Origin: a virus
Lineage: Duplodnaviria > Caudoviricetes
DNA: 64,000 bases
IMG/VR virus record: IMGVR_UViG_3300029288_002061
Coordinates: 42,040-106,039 of that record
Reading direction: 5' to 3' (one strand)
The notes under the pieces are model-generated. The model saw nothing but the letters and a program-made list of their open reading frames with translations, ran no database searches and was not told the DNA's origin. Position numbers and translations under genes: made by a program. Below, piece after piece: positions 1 to 9,923 of the stretch; the first letter of the stretch is position 1, and every line of letters begins with the position of its first letter.

Positions 1-463
1 TACCTTTGGGGAGAGTAAATACCCCGGAATTGGTAGAACCGGGGCTGCTAACGGTGAATTGCGGAATATCTTCTACTACGACATAATCCTGCTCATTGTA
101 TTCAACGCATTCGATATCTTTGCTGAGATCGCTCGTCATACGAAGCGTTTCATTGCAATGCGGACACTTCAGTTTTGTCACAAGATCGTTACCGCGTGAT
201 ACCTTACGGATTTCCAATGCCAGAAAATCACGATCCCCGATATAGAGATCATTGATAATCCCGTTTGAGAGCTTGTTAATACCCTCGATGGATACAACAC
301 AATCCAAGAGAAGGGCATTAAGGAGCTTAATCGGGTCGGCCCGCAACTGCTTTGCTGCAAGCTTTTTCTGGGTTCCACCGGTCATGGGACGGATAACCAC
401 TTCCCGGAGACGGCGGCCTTCACTAAAAATGCCAATAGGCAACGTAACATGTGTTTCGTTCAT
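1..463 (-). CDS. Tail assembly chaperone / baseplate hub assembly protein (T4 gp26-like), truncated by the window edge
   Basis: Not in the ORF track. Manual translation from ATG 463: MNETHVTLPIGIFSEGRRLREVVIRPMTG...DLYIGDRDFLALEIR...CPHC. Lies directly downstream of the tube genes. Confidence 0.65.
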   Translation of the reverse strand, partial: MNETHVTLPIGIFSEGRRLREVVIRPMTGGTQKKLAAKQLRADPIKLLNALLLDCVVSIEGINKLSNGIINDLYIGDRDFLALEIRKVSRGNDLVTKLKCPHCNETLRMTSDLSKDIECVEYNEQDYVVVEDIPQFTVSSPGSTNSGVFTLPKG

Positions 464-500
464 CGCACACCCTCACAACAAGACTAAGACAACAAGCACA

Positions 501-518
501 ACTGCATACGTATGCAGT
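501..518. repeat. Dispersed 18-bp palindrome, copy 1 (perfect, intergenic)
   Basis: ACTGCATACGTATGCAGT. Confidence 0.95.
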
Positions 519-1069
519 TAAGTGTTCAAACCACTTTGCGGCGCACCATTAGGGTTATTCTGGCCGCTGCTGATAACCTTCATACCCTCGTGCTGGATAA
601 CAACGGACTCGATAACCACCTCGCTACCCATTGCATTCAAAGCGCCAAGACGAAGCTCACTGGGCCAAGCATTCATCAAAACCCATGTCTTATTTGCGCT
701 GCCGGACGAGGATTCGCCCTTACCATAGAGCTTAATAGTGATGGTTCTGCGGTATTGCGGAGGAATAATACCATCACCGTAACCGGAGCCGCCGTTTGTC
801 GCACTGGCGTCCTCGTAGGACGCACACTGATTACGCCAATCCAGAAGAATCGTGCTATTACTGAGGCCGCGCTGCATCGTAACGGGCTGCCATTCAATCA
901 GACCGGGGAACTTCCGCATCCAAATTGGCATGTTTCCTTCACGGTATTGTACAACAGCGGAGACGCTATTCAAGCCATCCACCTGAGAAAAGCCAATCTT
1001 TTCATAGGGCGGAATGTCCACTTGAAACTTCATACCAAGATAAGGTTCATAACTGGTAACATCAGCCAT
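518..1069 (-). CDS. Tail tube protein (T4 gp19-like)
   Basis: FQVDI...GFSQVDGL...YREGN...RKFPG...TMQRG and WVLMNAWP...LNA...IESVVIQHEG motifs; follows the sheath. Confidence 0.9.
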   Translation of the reverse strand: MADVTSYEPYLGMKFQVDIPPYEKIGFSQVDGLNSVSAVVQYREGNMPIWMRKFPGLIEWQPVTMQRGLSNSTILLDWRNQCASYEDASATNGGSGYGDGIIPPQYRRTITIKLYGKGESSSGSANKTWVLMNAWPSELRLGALNAMGSEVVIESVVIQHEGMKVISSGQNNPNGAPQSGLNT

Positions 1070-1079
1070 AATAACACTC

Positions 1080-1613
1080 CTAAGCTAAGGACATACCCTC
1101 ATTATAGTATTGCTGAGATTCACTCACATCTACAGAAGCATATATCGGAACTATGCCTTCACAAGCCACTACAAGTTGTTGAACAAGGATTTCCTGTGAC
1201 ATGGCATTGAAATCACTCAAACGGACAGCTTTTGGATACGCATTATAGATCCTGTACCGTATACCTTCGCCTTGCTTGTATCCTTTTCCGCGTGCTATGA
1301 CGTTCAATGTAACCCGTATCTGGTTATCCTGATTGGTAGTTGCACCGCTTTTCAGGTTCAATGTAACATCGTTGAACCATTGGTCACAAATCGTACCCTT
1401 GATGTATACTCCGTGGGAGAACACTATGTCTCCACACTCAAGCACTCCGGGCAGCTTTATGGGGGAATACGTTTCTGTTATTTCTTCCCACCGTTTTTCT
1501 GCCCGTCCAAGGGAATACAACCCCGACACTCTCTGAAACCCGAATGTCGGGCTACCGTTATCCAGCGTCACATCGTACAAAAACCCCTGAAACGGATCAC
1601 TCATATCGGTCAA
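1080..1613 (-). CDS. Second tail tube-like protein (gp19 family)
   Basis: DPFQGFLYDV...GFQRVSGL...KLPG...YRIYNAYP...DFNA...LVVACEG; paralog of 518..1069. Confidence 0.8.
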   Translation of the reverse strand: MTDMSDPFQGFLYDVTLDNGSPTFGFQRVSGLYSLGRAEKRWEEITETYSPIKLPGVLECGDIVFSHGVYIKGTICDQWFNDVTLNLKSGATTNQDNQIRVTLNVIARGKGYKQGEGIRYRIYNAYPKAVRLSDFNAMSQEILVQQLVVACEGIVPIYASVDVSESQQYYNEGMSLA

Positions 1614-1631
1614 GGGGGGCTTGCGCCCCCC
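1614..1631 (-). terminator. GC-rich hairpin between sheath and tube genes
   Basis: GGGGGGC-TTGC-GCCCCCC inverted repeat with a weak U tract; may instead be a processing or stability hairpin. Confidence 0.4.
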
Positions 1632-1639
1632 ATTCTCCT

Positions 1640-4243
1640 TTAGGCAATGCCTTCGGTTACTGAGCTACCACCATCCCACAGCCCAAGGCTGATAATAAAG
1701 AACTCAACCGGCAGGGGCGGATTAAGACCGATTTCCATATTCAGGCGTCCATCCTTGCGTTCACTATTCGGGTTAAGCTCGGCGTCACACTTGACATAAT
1801 ATGCCTTGGTAACGTCATTGGACGGATAGAGCATACCGCGAGACCAGAGACCATACATGAACTCACTGTTTGTTTGTTCTACTTGCTGCCATAGACGTGG
1901 ATCATTGACCTTCATTATAGCCCAACGGTTCCCGATCCGGAGACTAGCCTTGACATAGTTAAGGAGTCTGCGGACGTTGATATACTGGCGACCGTCCATC
2001 GTGTTCCACAGGGTACGGCAGCCATAAATCCGGATACCGTCGCCGGGGAACCAACGGATAACGTTAACGCCAACCGGGTTAAGAAGGTCTTGGTCGGCAT
2101 CGCTTGCATGGTACTGGGTGTCAATAACATCCCGGAGGAGTGTATTGGCCGGGGGGACATGCACACCTTCGGTAGCCGCTGTACGGGCGTACTGGCCGCA
2201 CACGATACCCGAGGGCGGAATCAGCATATTGGTATCCGTGTTATCCGGGTCATTGACTTCAATCCACGGGTAGTACAGGGCCGCGTAGGAGCTGTTGATG
2301 TTAAGCTCAAACACGCGGTAGTTGTATACCTCTTGCGGAAGATCAGTCCATTCCGGGCAGTCCATGACGTACAGAAGCTCTGCGCGCTGTTCGGCATACG
2401 CGGTAGCGGCAACTTGCATCGCCGTGGTCGTGATACCCGGAACGGCAAAGAAGTTAAGCTCACTTACATCGTCAAACAGATACAGGCCGCTCTTGGGGTC
2501 AACGTCACTTCCGATATAATCATCATCCACCGGGGTAGCACCATCGACACCACCGGCGAGGACTTGCTTGACCACCGGGCGGGGGATCTTCATCCAGTCA
2601 TAAACCGGGGTAGCATAGAGGTCTGTGACTTCAATCTTAACCGACCGGTTCGAGATACCGCTGAGGAGGTTCATGACGTAGGTATTGCAGTCTTCCATCA
2701 TGGACAGGCCGGTAAACTGTTCTTGGAACTGGCCCTTCTCAAAGACGGTCATCTGGAACTCTTGGGATACCGCCAAGGCACCCGAAGCAATCGGGGTAAC
2801 AAGGCTTACATCGTCAAACTTGATGATATTGCCGTCGATACCCGTGATAATCACTTCCGTCATGGAGGTTCCGTCCATGATCGTTACAAGACCGCCGATT
2901 TGAAGACCGGCAACGTCACCAACCGTAACTTGGGTATCGCCGTCATTCAGGGCCGCCGTAGTCGTGGTGGACATGAAGTGGTTACTGGAACTGGTGATGA
3001 TCGAACCCGCCGGGAGCTGTGCAGTCAAACCCGACACCGGGAAGGCCAGAGTCACCGCTTTGGTGGAGATATCAACGTCATAAATCAGGTTGACAAACAT
3101 GTTTGCGGGGGTCGTCGGGTCATAGGCATAGATAACGTCGCCTTTCTTCATATCCCGAAGGCTCGACACCACCACAACCGAGTCACCATTGGTAACGGGG
3201 TTACGGAACGTGGTAGACCAAGCGGCAGTCGTGATGGAGAGCTGATTACCCCATGCACCTTCCGAATTCGCGGCAACCATAAGGGCATTCTGGAACGTCG
3301 CGGCAGAACCGTAGTGGATCAGGTTATCAAACCCGATTGCGGTGGCCGTGGACGAAGAAAGCACTTGAACCGAAGCCGTGGGGCCAAGGCTGGTCGATTG
3401 GATCTGTACCCGACCGGTTGTGGTAGCCGAAGCCGTACCCCCGGTGATGGTCAGGTTGATGACGTTAGCCACTGTAGCGGCAGTCACGGCGTCGATCAGG
3501 GGAACGTTACCCGTACCGTATGTGGTTCCGGCGGTCAGGCCGAGCTTGGTAAGGGCTGTACCACTAACGATTTCCACACTGGCGGCGGTACCGGCAGAGT
3601 CCGAGGTGATGCGGAGGTTCCCGCCGCTTACCGTGACTTTGGCAAGACTGATAACACCATTGAGGAACGCGGCGACTTCATTCACCGTGGCCGGATCAGC
3701 AAGACCGGTAATAGTCAAAGTCTGATCGGGATTCCCGTCGATGGATACAACCAGATTCAAACCGTCCAAGCCGGTTCCGTCAAAGGTAGACCCGGTAACA
3801 ACGGCAGGATCGGCATCAAACGTGAACGTCTGGGTTCCGCCACCGTCGATTTTGAGGTCAATATCGGCCCCGTCTTCCATATTGAACGGACTAGAACTGC
3901 CAGAGATGATCGTTGCCGCCGAAGGCTCACTACCGAGGTTCTGAAGATTGCCATAGGCATTCTCAGCCCCATCACCCACAACGCGGTTGATATAGCAGCG
4001 AGTTCCGCCCTGTTTGAAGAAATAGCGGACGGCTTGATAGAGGTGGCTGCCACGGTAGCTACCACCGTAGTTGTTTACAAATTGCTGGAAGCTGGAACAG
4101 AAAACGGAACGGTCGGTACGCCCTTTTTCGGCGGAACCGACAAAACCGCACGTATTAACGCCGACGCCGACGATACGGGGTTCATTATCCCGTTCAATTA
4201 CATACACTCCAGGATGAATCGCTTCGACCGCCAAGATAGCCAT
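1640..4243 (-). CDS. Contractile tail sheath protein with large inserted domains
   Basis: HPGVYVIE...GFVG.AEKG N-terminus; AALYYPWI, PPSG, PPAN, LNPVGVNVIR, IYGCRT and YINVRRL C-terminal sheath motifs. Confidence 0.95.
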   Translation of the reverse strand: MAILAVEAIHPGVYVIERDNEPRIVGVGVNTCGFVGSAEKGRTDRSVFCSSFQQFVNNYGGSYRGSHLYQAVRYFFKQGGTRCYINRVVGDGAENAYGNLQNLGSEPSAATIISGSSSPFNMEDGADIDLKIDGGGTQTFTFDADPAVVTGSTFDGTGLDGLNLVVSIDGNPDQTLTITGLADPATVNEVAAFLNGVISLAKVTVSGGNLRITSDSAGTAASVEIVSGTALTKLGLTAGTTYGTGNVPLIDAVTAATVANVINLTITGGTASATTTGRVQIQSTSLGPTASVQVLSSSTATAIGFDNLIHYGSAATFQNALMVAANSEGAWGNQLSITTAAWSTTFRNPVTNGDSVVVVSSLRDMKKGDVIYAYDPTTPANMFVNLIYDVDISTKAVTLAFPVSGLTAQLPAGSIITSSSNHFMSTTTTAALNDGDTQVTVGDVAGLQIGGLVTIMDGTSMTEVIITGIDGNIIKFDDVSLVTPIASGALAVSQEFQMTVFEKGQFQEQFTGLSMMEDCNTYVMNLLSGISNRSVKIEVTDLYATPVYDWMKIPRPVVKQVLAGGVDGATPVDDDYIGSDVDPKSGLYLFDDVSELNFFAVPGITTTAMQVAATAYAEQRAELLYVMDCPEWTDLPQEVYNYRVFELNINSSYAALYYPWIEVNDPDNTDTNMLIPPSGIVCGQYARTAATEGVHVPPANTLLRDVIDTQYHASDADQDLLNPVGVNVIRWFPGDGIRIYGCRTLWNTMDGRQYINVRRLLNYVKASLRIGNRWAIMKVNDPRLWQQVEQTNSEFMYGLWSRGMLYPSNDVTKAYYVKCDAELNPNSERKDGRLNMEIGLNPPLPVEFFIISLGLWDGGSSVTEGIA

Positions 4244-4292
4244 TATTTATACTCCTTTACAAAACGAAGTTGATATTCTGAATACATAATGG

Positions 4293-4502
4293 CTATTTCC
4301 GCGCCATCAAAGCGGTTACATTCGTGATGAAGCGGCCCTTGAGGGCTTTTTGGATCTCCGCGCTTGCCAAATCTTCCGCAGACATCGCGGCAGAAATCTC
4401 ACCCTTGGCGAGACACAATGAGCGGCCTTTCCCATCCGAATCTTTCGGAAGGTTGAACGTCAGCATGGTACGGGAAATGTTCTTAACAAAGTTACGTTCC
4501 AT
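4293..4502 (-). CDS. Small hypothetical virion protein
   Basis: AGGAG RBS; N-terminus resembles that of 17834..18202. Confidence 0.6.
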   Translation of the reverse strand: MERNFVKNISRTMLTFNLPKDSDGKGRSLCLAKGEISAAMSAEDLASAEIQKALKGRFITNVTALMARK

Positions 4503-4511
4503 TGTATTCTC

Positions 4512-5774
4512 CTAATCCTCTATGATATTGCCTTCTTCACCATAATAGGTCGTTATGTACCGGATACGTTGTACCAGATCGACCTCTTTGGTGAGATCGG
4601 GGCGCAACCACGCCCTACCAAAAATTGTACTTGAATAGTCCTTTGTAAACAAGCCCATAGCAACTCTGTTGGCTAACGTAATTGGCGTTGGATCTATGAC
4701 TTTATAGAATTCGCCGCTTTCATAAGAGTGTATCCAGTGGTACTGATTCAGGGCGCGTTCCAGAGCGTCCGAAAGAGCCTCACAGTCATGTTTCAGGGAA
4801 GATTGTACCGATACGGTACAAGTACACTTGAAATAGATTCTACCGGTACTTTGGCGGGCTTTAAACGAGGAATAATGGTATTCAAACTCGTCCTCCCCGT
4901 AGCAAATCTCCCCCATTTTCTTGAATGTGTTGTCATTTATCACAACTGCGGTTGCTTTTGACATCTCCATCCATGCGTCGGGGGAGGAAATATAGACCGT
5001 AGGGACAGCAAAAGCCGTAATAACCAGTCTTCCGGTCTGTTTTGAGGTCAATTCAAAGACTGCCCCGGATTCGGACGCCTGAATGGACTTAAATAGGTTT
5101 GTCGTCCGGTTTGGGTCGGTATCGGTGTTATAGATCTCCACAGGGGATACAAAACTACTCCATTGGTGTTCCGGAGCGGCAATATTGGTGTGTTTTGCGT
5201 CGTAATAGAGGATACACCGAACCCGGATATTGTCTTCCAAGTGTATCATCATGGATTTCAGGAAATCGTCTTGATAATCGAAGTCCAGAGTTGTCGATAA
5301 GATGACTTGATGGAGAATCGGTGTCGATTTTCCGTTTGTACCCGGAGTAAGGTGGACTTTCAGCCGGAAACTCTTATCTTCGGTTACAGGGAATGACTGG
5401 ATAGCCGCGTCCGCCTGTTCCGCCGTGATATAGGTATTTATAGCAGGGCCGGTGGCGGGCACCCAAGCGGTCGTATAGGTATACCAATTCTGGCCGCCGT
5501 CATTGGAGAACTGATAGCCGATTGCCCCTTCACCGGAGGCTATGTGTTTGAACGCATAAAAGCCGGTAAGACCGTTTGCGTAATAACGGGGGAACACAAC
5601 CGTTGTCTCTCGGTAGATACCAGCGGGAGAATAGTCGGTTTCCGTGCCATTGAGCTTACAAAGGTGGAGGGAACAATCGTCCAGACAGGCGCGGGGCCAT
5701 CCGTGAAGCGGAGGTTCAAAGGTAAAATCGGAACCTTTGTACTTGTCATTCAGAAGGAAATGAATATCTGGCAC
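4512..5774 (-). CDS. Putative tail terminator / neck-associated protein
   Basis: 420-aa ORF between neck genes and sheath; function from synteny only. Confidence 0.45.
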   Translation of the reverse strand: MPDIHFLLNDKYKGSDFTFEPPLHGWPRACLDDCSLHLCKLNGTETDYSPAGIYRETTVVFPRYYANGLTGFYAFKHIASGEGAIGYQFSNDGGQNWYTYTTAWVPATGPAINTYITAEQADAAIQSFPVTEDKSFRLKVHLTPGTNGKSTPILHQVILSTTLDFDYQDDFLKSMMIHLEDNIRVRCILYYDAKHTNIAAPEHQWSSFVSPVEIYNTDTDPNRTTNLFKSIQASESGAVFELTSKQTGRLVITAFAVPTVYISSPDAWMEMSKATAVVINDNTFKKMGEICYGEDEFEYHYSSFKARQSTGRIYFKCTCTVSVQSSLKHDCEALSDALERALNQYHWIHSYESGEFYKVIDPTPITLANRVAMGLFTKDYSSTIFGRAWLRPDLTKEVDLVQRIRYITTYYGEEGNIIED

Positions 5775-5778
5775 GTCA

Positions 5779-6384
5779 CTAATCCCCCAGACCGATCTCT
5801 TTAAGGATTACATCCTCATATGGTTCCATCCACTCCGAAAGGTTTTCGTCCAACAGATCAGCCGCCGGATTAAACAACGGCCTTGCCGGAACCACCAAGA
5901 CCCTTGTTGTCTTCCTTAAATGAATACCTTTTGCCGCCAAAAACGAACGCATTTTGTCCGTGACAGGGATTGTAGCTCCGCCCTCGATAATCCGGGCGAT
6001 CATCTCCATGTCTTTACCGTTCTCACCCTTGGGGATTAGAATGCCTACCACGGCACCGGCATCATCTTTTTCAAGCTGTATAGCTCTCTTGAAAGATCCT
6101 TTATCAACCAATGGCTGTGAGGATCCGTACTGTGGTATGTCTTCCCCGGCTCCGGGGGTGTTTTTCTCGTTTCTGGCGGCCCTGAGCATCATTGTGACAT
6201 CGCTCAAGCGGGGCCAATCCTGTTTACCCGAATCCAGCCACCTCATGACTTCATCATAGAGGCGTTGGCCGAAATCATGTGCGGCGGCAAGAGCTTGTTT
6301 CTTCAGGGATGCCTCACTGACTTTGGATAATTTATCCGCCAAGTCATTGAGATCCTTGAATCCGTCCCACTTGATATCGAACAT
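5779..6384 (-). CDS. Putative neck / tail completion protein (virion morphogenesis family)
   Basis: PLVDKG, IARIIEGGATI, VPARPLF motifs; probable start ATG 6384 overlaps the upstream stop. Confidence 0.65.
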   Translation of the reverse strand: MFDIKWDGFKDLNDLADKLSKVSEASLKKQALAAAHDFGQRLYDEVMRWLDSGKQDWPRLSDVTMMLRAARNEKNTPGAGEDIPQYGSSQPLVDKGSFKRAIQLEKDDAGAVVGILIPKGENGKDMEMIARIIEGGATIPVTDKMRSFLAAKGIHLRKTTRVLVVPARPLFNPAADLLDENLSEWMEPYEDVILKEIGLGD

Positions 6385-6794
6385 TAGATGGATTCCCGTG
6401 TAGTTCTGTTTTGTTCCCACTCGATATACGTCATAAGAGCATGTCCGCGATAGGGACTTAGCGGGGATACGTGGATCACGATAAAGTCACACGGGGTATC
6501 GTTGATTTTAATGATCCTATCACCGTTTTTTGGTACCCATCCGGATTTTTCAAGAACAGTTGGCCTGAAAACGGCAGAACCCCGAGAGTTCTCACCCTGA
6601 CCGGTTTGTGTCCGGGTAGAGTTAAAGAACCCACGGTACCCTACCAGTTGTCCCGATATGGAGATATCTGAGGAATACACACGGTTTCCCTGTGGTTCCC
6701 GATAAAACCTGTCGGCGGGGGTGTCCTTACCGGACGAATAGGCTTTAACCACGAAGGTAGCCGGATTCATCCGGTAAGGCATTTGCAAGGCCAT
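6384..6794 (-). CDS. Putative head closure / head-tail joining protein
   Basis: PKNGDRI motif, size and position. Confidence 0.55.
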   Translation of the reverse strand: MALQMPYRMNPATFVVKAYSSGKDTPADRFYREPQGNRVYSSDISISGQLVGYRGFFNSTRTQTGQGENSRGSAVFRPTVLEKSGWVPKNGDRIIKINDTPCDFIVIHVSPLSPYRGHALMTYIEWEQNRTTRESI

Positions 6795-6829
6795 CGCTTA
6801 CTCCCGTCGTGCCAACGTCTTATAACAAA

Positions 6830-7054
6830 TTACCGGGTTGCTTCAAAATCAGCCCAGAGCTGTTCACCCATCGTACCCGCAACTTGGGTTTCCAGAACGT
6901 CATTATGGTCAAGAATCGTGTCAAGATTCGACACAGCCACCGCAACACTCGGATCGGTCACATCATTCGCACTGAGAATGACGCGGGCCATATTGGACGC
7001 ATCGCGAGGAGCGGGGTTGAACGTTTCGGTCGTTGCGCGAGGATCATACACCAT
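6830..7054 (-). CDS. Hypothetical protein
   Basis: AAGGAG RBS; in the structural operon. Confidence 0.55.
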   Translation of the reverse strand: MVYDPRATTETFNPAPRDASNMARVILSANDVTDPSVAVAVSNLDTILDHNDVLETQVAGTMGEQLWADFEATR

Positions 7055-7071
7055 GATTGTTACTCCTTTTC

Positions 7072-8022
7072 TTAAGGGATACCGCCTATGTAGAAGAAAT
7101 GCTGACCACTTGAAAACTGTTGCAAAATATCATCAACTTCCGGATTTCCTGTTGTCCATTCGCCACCGCCATGACCATAAGCCTTCGGTATAGCCGCCAG
7201 ATTGTATGAATAGCCCTCTACGGATTCGCTATTCAACCGGTCGGCCCACCACTTCGGCCCCTCTGTATCCATATCAGTACCGCGTATGCCCAGAGGAACC
7301 ATTTTGTCCTTGACCAATAGCATTGTGGCCCACTTAATCAGGCCGGGAACCTTTCCGTACTTGATTACAGGAGATCCCGCCGGAAGATTTACTGAAACCA
7401 CGTCGGTAGTCACTTCACTTGTTACGTGATTTACCGACACCACCTGTATTGCTTCGGATTTCGGCGGGAGATCAAACCCTAACAAAAGGGTATCTCCGGC
7501 GTTAAATCCTGTAGTATCTGCGACTGCAAACGTCTGCACTCCGGGAGTAAGGGCGCCTGTTGTGGTTGTTTTGTAGAAGTTAAACGTCTCTTCAAGCCAA
7601 CCAAATACACCATCCATTGTAACAAATTTCGGCTGCATCGGTAGTCGTGTCTGCCAGTCCAAAAGCTGAACGTACCTATCCTTGACCTCATAAGCGATAT
7701 TCGGATATGTCATATCGAACAATCCGGGCTTGGTCAAACGGAGGTTTAATATCTCCAAAATCGGCGTTGCCGTTGGAAGTTGCACGACACTACAATTTCT
7801 ACCGTCAACACGTTCGCGGAGTCGCATTGGTATAAACCATTGACGGGTAATGTGGTTAATCCAGCTCGAACACAACTGGATCAGCATCATAGCCCTGTCA
7901 TCGGGGAGCCGGTCTTCTGTGAGTCCTTCATCCCGCAAGTCTTGAATACTGCAATAGCGGAATATGGTGCTTAGAAGACCACCATGACCCCTCATACCCG
8001 GATAGCCTGTTCCTGCTGACAT
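7072..8022 (-). CDS. Head-tail adaptor with an inserted beta domain
   Basis: YCSIQDL...I..CS.WI..IT.QWF, G.VP.LIK.AT and SESVEGYSY motifs. Confidence 0.7.
   Translation of the reverse strand: MSAGTGYPGMRGHGGLLSTIFRYCSIQDLRDEGLTEDRLPDDRAMMLIQLCSSWINHITRQWFIPMRLRERVDGRNCSVVQLPTATPILEILNLRLTKPGLFDMTYPNIAYEVKDRYVQLLDWQTRLPMQPKFVTMDGVFGWLEETFNFYKTTTTGALTPGVQTFAVADTTGFNAGDTLLLGFDLPPKSEAIQVVSVNHVTSEVTTDVVSVNLPAGSPVIKYGKVPGLIKWATMLLVKDKMVPLGIRGTDMDTEGPKWWADRLNSESVEGYSYNLAAIPKAYGHGGGEWTTGNPEVDDILQQFSSGQHFFYIGGIP
7523..7540. repeat. Palindrome copy 2 (in head-tail adaptor CDS, most divergent)
   Basis: ACTGCAAACGTCTGCACT. Confidence 0.75.
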
Positions 8023-8031
8023 AGAAAATCC

Positions 8032-8388
8032 TTATCGGTATCGTTTTTCACGGAAATAGTGATAAAGCAAAACTGGGTCAGCCTCTGTTTCTGTCAACTG
8101 CCGCCATTCCGGGGCATTTGGTACACCTGTATCTGATGGAAATTTTAACGGGTTAAGCATAGATGTCCGTTTATTTGGCGGCATGGGAAGTGCATTTCCA
8201 TTTATATCTACTTCAATAAACGGGTAATAGCCCATGTCCGGAACATTATAATGGAACCTAAGATAATCACCGTCTACGTCTTCAACTTGTGTTATTTCAG
8301 CGTACCGGAACCAATACACCCTATGGGTTACATGCCCATATTCCTGTCGGGTGCCTGGATTCTGGTAAACGTAAGTAAAATAACGCAT
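8032..8388 (-). CDS. Hypothetical protein
   Basis: AAGGAG RBS; downstream of the promoter-like motif at 8419. Confidence 0.6.
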   Translation of the reverse strand: MRYFTYVYQNPGTRQEYGHVTHRVYWFRYAEITQVEDVDGDYLRFHYNVPDMGYYPFIEVDINGNALPMPPNKRTSMLNPLKFPSDTGVPNAPEWRQLTETEADPVLLYHYFREKRYR

Positions 8389-8418
8389 TTACACTCCTTT
8401 ATTCCCTTATTATACATA

Positions 8419-8434
8419 TTGCAATAATAGTAAA
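8419..8434 (-). promoter_or_regulatory. Class II promoter-like motif, variant copy
   Basis: Minus strand TTTACTATTATTGCAA; related copies at 14392, 47368 and 53375, all just upstream of minus-strand starts. Confidence 0.5.
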
Positions 8435-8477
8435 TAACCAGTTGAAGGAAAAGTTATCTACAAAAGTGTTCTAACAC

Positions 8478-8507
8478 AAAGCCGGGGGCGGTATTTCACC
8501 CCCGGCC
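8478..8507 (-). terminator. Intrinsic terminator after the major capsid gene
   Basis: GCCGGGGG / CCCCCGGC stem followed by TTTG on the minus strand. Confidence 0.65.
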
Positions 8508-8533
8508 CTATGAGTCTCCTATGTGCGACCTAC

Positions 8534-9883
8534 TTAGTAGGTCAGCTCACGGCGGCGGATGTTAACGGCCTTAACCACCGCGTCAACGTTTTCGACCGCG
8601 CAATCGACTTGGTTGTACACGATACTTTCGATCTGGTCGGTATTCTTGTTGAACTCGGTGAAGATACGGGTTCCGTCGAGAATGCCCCAGACAAAGTTTT
8701 TCGGGTTAACAAGGAAAATCGCGCTACCTTCGTTAGCCGTGGTGTACGTGCCGCTACCAACACCGCTATAGGTGACAGGAGCGAGGGGAACAGTCGGATC
8801 AGCGGGGGCAGGATCAGCCGCAAAGCCAAGGGTCGTATAGGCTTGGGACGCAACCGCAACCGGCATCAGGACAATGGAGCTGGCCACGCCAACCGTCGGA
8901 GATTCCAGACGAATCTGACCCATACGGTTATCTGTTGCCACAGCTTCGTACTGAATGCCATAAGCGACGTTAGCAACAAGGGTGTCATTGATCTTCTTGC
9001 AGACATCCGTGGTGTTCAGCGTGCCGTGATTCAGTGTAACCGTCACAAGGCCAAGACCGTCGATGTTCAGGATCATGGTGTCGTTGTCCGCGCTGATCTC
9101 GAACGGGCCATACTTCACGCCAACAACCTGAGCGGCCTTACCGCTGTTGATGGTGATCGGCATATCGTCGGGGATGAGAGGAACACGGGTCATCGAAGTA
9201 CCAAGAGGGGCCATTTCAGCACCTTGGAGAGCCGCGTCACCCAGCATAGTACCACGGTCACTGACCGTATCGTTCCAGTCAACCGCCAGAGAGTCACCAA
9301 TGAGCCAACGCAGGGCGGGGTCGTTCTTATATTGCTTGGGCATAGCACGCTTCATCGCGGCGAACATACCCTTTGAGATGCTGTCACCTTTGACATCGAC
9401 CACATGAGCGTTATCGGTGAGTTTCAAGATACCGTCGAAACGGCGCAGAAGTCCATTGGTTGTCAGCGTGGTATCACCCTGAATGAAGAGCATTTCAAGG
9501 TCAGTCGCGATACGTTCAACCATGGTGTCCATGATGGTCTGTTCAAAATCGTTCTGTTCGATGTTGCCCTGCAGAGCTTCCGTGGTGATGTTCCAAGCCG
9601 AACGGACCTTCTTCGCCACCAGAGTGATACGCTGGAACTTGGCGCGGCTCAGATTGCCAGTGTCAACGCCTTCGTCAACGCTTTCCGTGACCGGTTCACC
9701 AACCCAGAGCTTATCGATGTCCATCATCGGACGGGGCATCTCAACAAAACGGGTCTGGGGCAGAAGCACGCTGAATTTCTTGACGAGCGTGATAAACTGC
9801 TTCTGCTGTTGCGGGTTCAACAGACCACCAGTGGTCATATCCGCAGTCTTGATACTCTTTTCGAGCATTTCACCATTACGCAT
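8534..9883 (-). CDS. Major capsid protein (HK97 fold) with an inserted surface domain
   Basis: GGLLNPQQ...F, NIE...FEQTI...ERIATDLE...IQGD and FDGILK motifs; follows protease/scaffold; strong RBS. Confidence 0.92.
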   Translation of the reverse strand: MRNGEMLEKSIKTADMTTGGLLNPQQQKQFITLVKKFSVLLPQTRFVEMPRPMMDIDKLWVGEPVTESVDEGVDTGNLSRAKFQRITLVAKKVRSAWNITTEALQGNIEQNDFEQTIMDTMVERIATDLEMLFIQGDTTLTTNGLLRRFDGILKLTDNAHVVDVKGDSISKGMFAAMKRAMPKQYKNDPALRWLIGDSLAVDWNDTVSDRGTMLGDAALQGAEMAPLGTSMTRVPLIPDDMPITINSGKAAQVVGVKYGPFEISADNDTMILNIDGLGLVTVTLNHGTLNTTDVCKKINDTLVANVAYGIQYEAVATDNRMGQIRLESPTVGVASSIVLMPVAVASQAYTTLGFAADPAPADPTVPLAPVTYSGVGSGTYTTANEGSAIFLVNPKNFVWGILDGTRIFTEFNKNTDQIESIVYNQVDCAVENVDAVVKAVNIRRRELTY

Positions 9884-9923
9884 TGTGTTCCTCCTATAAA
9901 TTCAATTTAGACAGTCTTTAAGA

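Noticed and set aside
518-4243. Sheath plus two gp19-like tubes as an extracellular contractile injection system or tailocin
   Set aside because: Portal, protease, capsid, terminase and replication genes are contiguous, so this is a phage.
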